From assembly GCA_001821795.1 (NCBI GenBank), contig MHOB01000023.1, forward strand, positions 1-33,998: 33,998 nt of DNA, read 5' to 3'. Below the pieces are notes generated by a model, which was given only the letters and a program-made list of their open reading frames with translations, ran no database searches and was not told the DNA's origin. Of the stretch, positions 7,721 through 17,635 are shown in pieces; the first letter of the stretch is position 1; each line of letters starts with the position of its first letter. The stretch is from Candidatus Ryanbacteria bacterium RIFCSPLOWO2_12_FULL_47_9c. GTDB lineage: Bacteria > Patescibacteriota > Minisyncoccia > Ryanbacterales > GWA2-47-10b. Both the position numbers and the translations under genes were made by a program.

Positions 7721-8755
7721 ATGGAATTGCTTGAAACCCTCAAAAAACGCGCCCTTGAGACACTTGAAAAAGTAGCGGACGCGTCCGGTCTTGCGCAGTG
7801 GGAAATCGAAATTTTTGGCCGCAAACAGGGGGAATTGACTCGTCTTTTGCGCTCGCTTCGGGACCTTCCCGAGGCGGAACGGAGAAAGATCGGCGCGGGT
7901 GCAAATAAACTCCGAGAGAAACTTGAGGAGGAATTAAACAAAAAACGGGCATTTATCAAAAAACAAACTACCAAGCGCGAGCTCCTTAAAGAAAAAGTAG
8001 ACATTACGTTTCCCGGCACTCGCCACAAACGCGGGCATTTGCATCCGCTTACTCAAATCCGGCTTACATCCGAACATATTTTTACCTCATTGGGATTTGC
8101 GATTGTGGAAGGTCCTGAAATCGAGACCGAATTTTACAATTTCGATGCCCTCAATATGGCGGGGCATTCAGCGCGCGATATGCAGGAGACGTTTTGGCTT
8201 GATAAATCTATACCCGGGAAGAATAGATATGTGCCGCGCACGCAGGTAACGGGAATCCAGGTGCGCTTTATGGAGCGGCATAATCCGCCTTTCCGTATTG
8301 TCTACAGCGGCACGTGTTTTCGGCGAGAAGCGACTGACGCATCCCACGAATTTCAGTTTGATCAGCTCGAATGTCTTATGGTAGATAAAGATATTACGGT
8401 CGCAAATCTTAAATATATCCTCCACGCGTTTTTTGAGAAACTTTTCGGCAAGGGAGTTGAGATTCGTCTTCGCCCAAGTTATTTTCCTTTTACCGAGCCG
8501 AGTTTTGAGGTTGATATTACCTGTATCGGGTGCAGTGGCCGCGGATGTTCTATTTGCAAACAATCTGGTTGGGTGGAGCTTTTGGGAGCGGGCATGGTAA
8601 ATCAAAAGGTGTTTAAAGCGGCGGGATATGTGCCGCGCCAGTGGCAGGGCTTTGCTTTCGGCATGGGGCTCGACCGTATCGCGATGATGAAATACAAAAT
8701 TCCCGACATCCGCCTCTTCCGCCAAAACGATATCCGCTTCCTACAGCAGTTTTAG
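7721..8755 (+). CDS. pheS: Phenylalanine--tRNA ligase alpha subunit
   Basis: Class II aaRS motifs are present: FRREATDASHEFQFDQLE, GAGMVNQKV, GFAFGMGLDRIAMMKY. The N-terminus is a coiled coil. It is 344 aa long. Confidence 0.95.
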   Translation: MELLETLKKRALETLEKVADASGLAQWEIEIFGRKQGELTRLLRSLRDLPEAERRKIGAGANKLREKLEEELNKKRAFIKKQTTKRELLKEKVDITFPGTRHKRGHLHPLTQIRLTSEHIFTSLGFAIVEGPEIETEFYNFDALNMAGHSARDMQETFWLDKSIPGKNRYVPRTQVTGIQVRFMERHNPPFRIVYSGTCFRREATDASHEFQFDQLECLMVDKDITVANLKYILHAFFEKLFGKGVEIRLRPSYFPFTEPSFEVDITCIGCSGRGCSICKQSGWVELLGAGMVNQKVFKAAGYVPRQWQGFAFGMGLDRIAMMKYKIPDIRLFRQNDIRFLQQF

Positions 8756-8760
8756 TATTT

Positions 8761-12832
<4,072 letters not shown>

Positions 12833-12836
12833 AAAT

Positions 12837-13676
12837 ATGGCCGACTTAGCTAATCTTTTCCGCTTATCAAAGCTTCTTTTAATTTTCGGTCTTGCCCTTG
12901 TCCTAACTTTTTATTTCGGTTCGTATTTTCTTGGTGCATCTCTTGAAATGTTATACGGTAGCTCTTTTCTTAAATATGCAACGTTCAGTATTTTTCTTTT
13001 TTCAATAATCTGTGGCATCTCGTGGCTTATTTTTACTAATAATATAGCGACTACCATACAAAGAGCTCGCTTTGCAATGATCGGCCTTGTCTTTCTCGGG
13101 GTTATGGGTGTTACTCTGATCTTATTTATCCAACCCCTATGTTATGATTCGAATTTGATTTGTGGCAGTGTTTCTATTTACTTTCGGGAAGACCTATCTT
13201 CACGCGAAATTTTTAGCTTCATTCGGGAGAGGGGTTTATCTGTCACGGGTCAAGCAAAAAATCAGTTTTTCGAATTATCAAAGCCGGAAGCATACTTTGA
13301 TGTACAGATTCCAGTTGAGCTAGAAAGAGAAGAGCAACACTCTTTTTTAAATAGTATTTTTGCTAATCTTACGAAAGAACAATCTCTAGATTATTGTTCT
13401 AGTATTGACGATGATCCCTTTGGATATCGTATTAAACCTTCCCAAGTGAGAATCGAGTGCATTTTTAAAAATGACACGCCATTGTCTGAAATTAATGCGT
13501 TTCAGTCAAGATATCCTGAACTCAAGTTTGGTGGCGATGATCATATCTATATTTTTAATTATATTCGCATCCGGGTGCCAGTTGGGACCGAAAACGCGTG
13601 GGTAAAAAAACTGGAACGCCACCCCGAAGTTATTGATGCAACGGCGCCGTATACTCCATCATTACCTTCAATATGA
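12837..13676 (+). CDS. Hypothetical membrane protein (about 4 TM helices plus a C-terminal soluble region), low-GC
   Basis: ATG 12837 lies 4 nt after the gyrB stop, and the track extension (12717) overlaps gyrB. The N-terminal half is hydrophobic (LLLIFGLALVLTFYF, FSIFLFSIICGISWLIF, MIGLVFLGVMGVTLILFI). I recognise no family. Confidence 0.6.
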   Translation: MADLANLFRLSKLLLIFGLALVLTFYFGSYFLGASLEMLYGSSFLKYATFSIFLFSIICGISWLIFTNNIATTIQRARFAMIGLVFLGVMGVTLILFIQPLCYDSNLICGSVSIYFREDLSSREIFSFIRERGLSVTGQAKNQFFELSKPEAYFDVQIPVELEREEQHSFLNSIFANLTKEQSLDYCSSIDDDPFGYRIKPSQVRIECIFKNDTPLSEINAFQSRYPELKFGGDDHIYIFNYIRIRVPVGTENAWVKKLERHPEVIDATAPYTPSLPSI

Positions 13677-13699
13677 ATACGGTAGTGACACTACCGTAT
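13677..13699. repeat. Perfect hairpin ATACGGTAGTG-A-CACTACCGTAT (left copy of a REP-like palindrome)
   Basis: The 11-nt arms are exact reverse complements. It starts 1 nt after the upstream stop codon. The same core recurs at 14396-14414. Confidence 0.9.
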
Positions 13700-13713
13700 A
13701 ATCTCTCTATACT
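13685..13713 (+). promoter_or_regulatory. Putative promoter of the Y1 transposase gene, with the -35 embedded in the left hairpin
   Basis: GTGACA (13685-13690), 17 nt spacer, TATACT (13708-13713), then 6 nt to GTG 13720. A second -10-like TATAAT lies at 13697-13702. Confidence 0.4.
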
Positions 13714-13719
13714 GGATAT

Positions 13720-14388
13720 GTGGCTTGTGTAAACGGCGAGTATTACCATATTGTTAATCGCGGCGTTGAAGGACGAACCATATTTACATCCACAAGGGAT
13801 TTTAATCGTTTTAAACGCGGGCTTCTTTTGTTTAACACAACGGGTTTTACCGAGCTCCGCACGGTTTCAGAGCGGGTTTTTCTTCAAAAGCTAGCATCGG
13901 GAAAGGTCAGTCGTCTTGTGGATGTTATAGCGTACTGTCTGCTCGGTAATCACTTTCATCTTTTTGTCAGACAAAATGTCGATAAGGGCGTGGAAACCTT
14001 TTTACGAAAGCTCCTTGGTGGTTATACAAGGTTTTTTAATATTGTAAAAAAGAGAAGAGGTGTTCTCTTTCAGTCACATTCGCGGATTATCCATGTGAAT
14101 CACGAAACATATTTTGATCATGTTCCGCGATATATTATTTTGAATTCCCTCGATTCAGTTGATATACGATGGAGGGTACACGGCGTGACTAACACTCAAA
14201 AAATCAAAAAAATTCTTATTGAATATCCTTACTCGAGTTTTAACGGCATGATCCAGCGGGGACTTGATCCAATACTCTCTGACGACCTTATAGGTGAAGT
14301 ACTCGATCGAAAAAATTTTCTTAACGATTTACTTGCATGGAGTTCAGAAAATTATATTGACGCAAAACCCGTTCTTATTGAACCGTAA
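13720..14388 (+). CDS. IS200/IS605-superfamily Y1 (HUH) transposase, RAYT-like (REP-associated tyrosine transposase type)
   Basis: N-terminal YHIVNRGVEGRTIF. HUH motif in LLGNHFHLFV. The catalytic-Tyr helix motif is PRYIILNS (compare RYIHxNP). At 222 aa it is longer than classical IS200 TnpA and fits the RAYT class. It has a GTG start. Confidence 0.8.
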   Translation: MACVNGEYYHIVNRGVEGRTIFTSTRDFNRFKRGLLLFNTTGFTELRTVSERVFLQKLASGKVSRLVDVIAYCLLGNHFHLFVRQNVDKGVETFLRKLLGGYTRFFNIVKKRRGVLFQSHSRIIHVNHETYFDHVPRYIILNSLDSVDIRWRVHGVTNTQKIKKILIEYPYSSFNGMIQRGLDPILSDDLIGEVLDRKNFLNDLLAWSSENYIDAKPVLIEP

Positions 14389-14393
14389 CACGC

Positions 14394-14437
14394 ATACGGT
14401 AGTGTCACTACCGTGTTTTTACACTACCGTGTTTTTA
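14394..14437. repeat. Right copy of the hairpin (ACGGTAGTG-T-CACTACCGT) plus a tandem 16-nt duplication of its 3' arm
   Basis: The core at 14396-14414 matches the left copy except for the loop base. CACTACCGTGTTTTTA occurs twice in tandem (14406-14421 and 14422-14437). The T-runs would also allow it to act as a terminator. Confidence 0.85.
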
Positions 14438-14525
14438 ATAAAAAAGAGGCCAGCTTGTTCAGAAATTAACTTCGACTTGTTTCTGGCGAGCAAAAACAAG
14501 GGGGATTCCGCTACCGGAGGAAGAC

Positions 14526-14553
14526 TTGCATAGCAATTACTCTGTGGTATAAT
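14526..14553 (+). promoter_or_regulatory. Putative extended -10 promoter for secE-nusG-rplK
   Basis: TTGCAT (14526-14531), 16 nt spacer, TGG-TATAAT (-10 at 14548-14553). This is 42 nt upstream of the secE ATG. Confidence 0.5.
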
Positions 14554-14595
14554 GGTATTCAATAGGCCCGCGAGGGCTTTTAAGATTACTTACAA

Positions 14596-14790
14596 ATGAC
14601 AAATATGTTTTCACGGATTGTTAATTATTTAAAAGAGACGCGCTCTGAAATGCACAAGGTTAACTGGCCCACCATGAAGCAAACCATTCAGTCGACGCTT
14701 GTTGTTATCGCGATTTCCATCGGCATTGCGTTTTATCTTGGCGTGTTTGATTACGTATATCGAACACTGCTTCAGACGTTTGTTTTTTAA
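14596..14790 (+). CDS. secE: Preprotein translocase subunit SecE
   Basis: 64 aa, with LKETRSEMHKVNWPTMKQ followed by a single TM helix, which is the typical short SecE. It lies immediately upstream of nusG. Confidence 0.9.
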   Translation: MTNMFSRIVNYLKETRSEMHKVNWPTMKQTIQSTLVVIAISIGIAFYLGVFDYVYRTLLQTFVF

Positions 14791-14796
14791 GGAATC

Positions 14797-15342
14797 ATGC
14801 CAAAACAAATATCAGAATACGGGCGGAACTGGTATGCCATCCATACTTATTCGGGATATGAAGACGCGGTAGCGCGCAACTTGAAGCAGCGCGTTGAATC
14901 GATGGGGATGGAAGATAAAATCTTCAATGTCATTGTGCCGACCGAGAAGCGAATTACGATCAAGAGCGGCAAGCGGAAAGTCATTGAGGAAAAAATTTAT
15001 CCTGGCTATGTGCTCATCGACATGATCGTGACGGATGATTCGTGGTATGTTGTGCGCAACACGCCTCGGGTGACTGGGTTCGTCGGCGCCGGCGTTATTC
15101 CCTCGCCGCTTGAAAAGCACGAGGTTGATGTGCTTTTGAATCGTATGGGAGAGACGGAACCCCGCCATAAAATTAACGTTATCAAGGGAGACAACGTCCG
15201 CATTACCGATGGGCCGTTTAAAGAAATGGAAGGCCGGGTTGAAGAGGTTGACGAAGAGCGCGGAAAGATTAAAGTGTTGGTATCTCTGTTTGGTCGGGAG
15301 ACTCCAGTCGAGCTCGATCCATTACAAACGAAGAAATTATAA
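14797..15342 (+). CDS. nusG: Transcription termination/antitermination factor NusG
   Basis: NGN domain (WYAIHTYSGYEDAVARNL) and KOW motif (GDNVRITDGPFKEMEGRVEEVD). SD AAGGA lies upstream. Confidence 0.95.
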   Translation: MPKQISEYGRNWYAIHTYSGYEDAVARNLKQRVESMGMEDKIFNVIVPTEKRITIKSGKRKVIEEKIYPGYVLIDMIVTDDSWYVVRNTPRVTGFVGAGVIPSPLEKHEVDVLLNRMGETEPRHKINVIKGDNVRITDGPFKEMEGRVEEVDEERGKIKVLVSLFGRETPVELDPLQTKKL

Positions 15343-15369
15343 ATCTCGTTTACAAATCCACGTAATACT

Positions 15370-15795
15370 ATGGCAAAGCAAATCAAAACAATCGTAAAAC
15401 TTCAGATCCTGGCGGGGAAGGCAACAGCTGCGCCGCCGGTAGGTACCGCCCTTGGGCCACATGGTATCAACTTGGGTGATTTTGTTTCGCGTTTCAATTC
15501 AGGAACCGCCGATCGCGGCACCGATATTGTTCCAGTTGAGGTTACGATTTATCAGGATCGCACGTTTGATCTTGTATTTAAGACTGCTCCGGCGTCCGAC
15601 TTGCTTCGGAAAGCGGCAGGCGTTGAGAAGGGATCGGGAAAACCCCTGCAATCAAAAGTTGGATCAATTACCGAGAAACAGCTTGAGGAAATCGCCACAA
15701 AAAAGATGGTTGATTTGAATGCTAATGATACGGAGGCAGCAAAAAAAATCATCGCTGGCACTGCCCGCTCTATGGGGATTGAGATCAAGAAGTAA
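15370..15795 (+). CDS. rplK: 50S ribosomal protein L11
   Basis: MAKQIKTIVKLQILAGKATAAPPVGTALGPHGINLGDF is the conserved L11 N-terminus. It is 141 aa long. Confidence 0.95.
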   Translation: MAKQIKTIVKLQILAGKATAAPPVGTALGPHGINLGDFVSRFNSGTADRGTDIVPVEVTIYQDRTFDLVFKTAPASDLLRKAAGVEKGSGKPLQSKVGSITEKQLEEIATKKMVDLNANDTEAAKKIIAGTARSMGIEIKK

Positions 15796-15848
15796 TCCTT
15801 TAAATCAGATGACTCGTATGATAACCTCAAAGGAGGTTATTTTGATGT

Positions 15849-16487
15849 ATGGACAAACACGCGACTGGAAAATTCATTGTTTTTGAAGGCGGGGAGTGTG
15901 TTGGTAAAACAAGCCAAATTAAGCTGCTCGCAGAGAGGCTTCGCGTATTTGGTCATGATGTGGTAGTGACAAAGGAGCCCGGAGGCGGAGGGGAAGAGCC
16001 GCGCAGGATTCGTGAATTGTTACTTTCTGGCACGCTTTCGCCAAAAGAAGAAATAGAGCTTTTTATAAAAAATCGCCGTCTTCATGTTGCGAATCTTATT
16101 CGGCCGTCACTTGAAAAAGGTTGTATTATCCTATGCGATCGATTTTCCGACTCTACGTTTGCTTATCAATGTTATGCGCGAAACTTGGGTATTGAGTCGG
16201 CACAACTTCTTGATGCGGATGCACGGCAGGGCGTTGCCCCCGACTTAGTAATCGTTCTTGATATGCCGGTAGAGCGCGCACTCGAGCGTCTATCTCAAAG
16301 AAAGGGAGAGGTATCCGCATTTGATCGGGAAAAACGAGAATTTCACGAACGAGTGCGAGCAGGTTTCCGGGCGGTTGCGAAAGCTTTTTCCCATAACCAT
16401 GTCGTGCTTAATGCCGATGCGAGTCAGGAATCTGTTGCTACGGCAGTATGGGGTGTTATTGTAGAAAGATTTCCTGGTATAGTATAA
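15849..16487 (+). CDS. tmk: dTMP (thymidylate) kinase
   Basis: P-loop FIVFEGGECVGKTSQ, then TKEPGG, a DRF motif (CDRFSDSTFAYQ) and a lid region. SD AGGAGG lies at 15831-15836. Confidence 0.9.
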   Translation: MDKHATGKFIVFEGGECVGKTSQIKLLAERLRVFGHDVVVTKEPGGGGEEPRRIRELLLSGTLSPKEEIELFIKNRRLHVANLIRPSLEKGCIILCDRFSDSTFAYQCYARNLGIESAQLLDADARQGVAPDLVIVLDMPVERALERLSQRKGEVSAFDREKREFHERVRAGFRAVAKAFSHNHVVLNADASQESVATAVWGVIVERFPGIV

Positions 16488-16495
16488 ATATTCTT

Positions 16496-17635
16496 ATGCA
16501 AGGCGCTTTTCCATCTCAAAAAATCAAAGAACTCATTACGGGCGGCGCAATTGTAAATGCGAACATTACTAATGTACAGCCGGCAAGTTTAGATTTGACC
16601 ATAAGTGAAGAAATATACCGAGTAGATGCGCTTTTTCTGCCTCGCGTTGGCGAAACGGTACGGCATGCGATGGAAAAAGTAAATCCTTTAAAGTTTAACC
16701 ACGATAATGTTTTTGAAGTAGGGGTTCCATATCTTGTACGCCTTAACGAGGTACTCGCGTTGCCTTCCGATGTATATGCATACATGAATCCCAAGAGCAC
16801 AACGGGAAGGAACGATGTTAAGGTTTCTGTTATTGCCGATGGAATTTCTCGTTTTGATTCAGCAGGTATTTCTGGATATCGCGGAGAGCTTTGGGCGTTT
16901 ATCGAGCCGAAATCATTCCGAATCCGCTTGGCACCGAACGAGGCATTAATACAAATTCGTTTTTTTAATAGTGATACTCGAATCCGCGAGAAAGATCTTC
17001 CTTTATTTTATGAATCAGAAAAGATTCTCTATAACAGCGAGGGAAAAGAAATTCCCTATGATAAGTTAAAAATCTCGGACCGTGATGGCGGCCTCATCCT
17101 TACCGTAGATCTTGATAGCGATATGATCGGTTGGTGCTGCCAAGGTTCACGAAACGTGCTCGATTTTTCCAAACGCAATTTTTATAATCCAAACGATTTT
17201 TTCGAGCCACTGAAGCGCCCTTCAAAGGGAATGCTTTTTTTGCGGCGCGGCAGTTTTTATATTTTTTATACGAAACAATATGTACGTGTTCCCGCGGGTT
17301 TTACATGCGAGATGGCGCCTGTAGATATACGCAATGGTGAGTATCGGTCGCATTATGCGGGTTACATCGATCCCGGATGGGGGTGGGGAGAAAACGGGGA
17401 AATTCTGGGGCGCCCCCTTGTGCTCGAGGTACGCCCGTTTGACGACAACATCCTTCTTTATGATAATCAGCCGGTTTGCAAGCTTATATTTGAGCGGATG
17501 CTTGAAAAACCTGAAATGTTGTATGGAGAGAAGGCCCAGTCGAACTATTTTAGCCAGCAGGGGCCAGTGCTTTCGAAACACTTTAAGCGAAGTAATTCCT
17601 ATGATATCTCAAGAGAATCTTTTTCAGCCGGATAA
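16496..17635 (+). CDS. dCTP deaminase-like protein, long (about 380 aa) DCD-family form
   Basis: VQPASLDLTISEEIYRV and GYIDPGWGWGENGEILGRPLVLEVRP match the dCTP deaminase/dUTPase-fold signatures (compare QPASxDLRLG and IDPGW...LE). The length is about twice that of classical Dcd. The start ATG 16496 lies 8 nt after the tmk stop. Confidence 0.7.
   Translation: MQGAFPSQKIKELITGGAIVNANITNVQPASLDLTISEEIYRVDALFLPRVGETVRHAMEKVNPLKFNHDNVFEVGVPYLVRLNEVLALPSDVYAYMNPKSTTGRNDVKVSVIADGISRFDSAGISGYRGELWAFIEPKSFRIRLAPNEALIQIRFFNSDTRIREKDLPLFYESEKILYNSEGKEIPYDKLKISDRDGGLILTVDLDSDMIGWCCQGSRNVLDFSKRNFYNPNDFFEPLKRPSKGMLFLRRGSFYIFYTKQYVRVPAGFTCEMAPVDIRNGEYRSHYAGYIDPGWGWGENGEILGRPLVLEVRPFDDNILLYDNQPVCKLIFERMLEKPEMLYGEKAQSNYFSQQGPVLSKHFKRSNSYDISRESFSAG

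Larger units (their letters stand above)
13677..14437 (+). mobile_element. Minimal Y1-transposase unit (REPtron-like or IS200-like): one HUH transposase gene bracketed by matching subterminal hairpins
   Basis: The roughly 760-bp unit consists of hairpin, tnpA-like gene, and hairpin plus an extra half-site. It has low GC relative to its flanks. No terminal inverted repeats or target duplications are expected for this family. Confidence 0.6.

Noticed and set aside
14440-14525. Possible tRNA or small RNA upstream of secE (GCCAG…CTGGC and CTTGTTT…AAACAAG stems)
   Set aside because: No cloverleaf, T-loop (GTTCGA/TTCGA) or anticodon arm can be drawn. The stems are short and mutually exclusive.
15823-15838. 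Hairpin AACCTC-AAAG-GAGGTT sequestering the tmk SD
   Set aside because: It has only 6 bp and there is no evidence of conservation. It could be a fortuitous consequence of the SD sequence itself.
15959-15975. 10-mer GGTAGTGACA inside tmk, identical to part of the transposase-associated hairpin
   Set aside because: No complementary arm is nearby and it lies in conserved coding sequence, so it is probably a chance match.
17334-17600. Upstream extensions of track ORFs (17334, 8641, 3219, 12717, 16448, 20409, 30264, 675)
   Set aside because: Each extension overlaps the 3' end of the preceding well-supported gene. Each is also followed by an internal start that begins the conserved N-terminus (for example MKFSYSWL for PheT and MNFIGSRK for SecF). 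I trimmed these ORFs to the internal starts.
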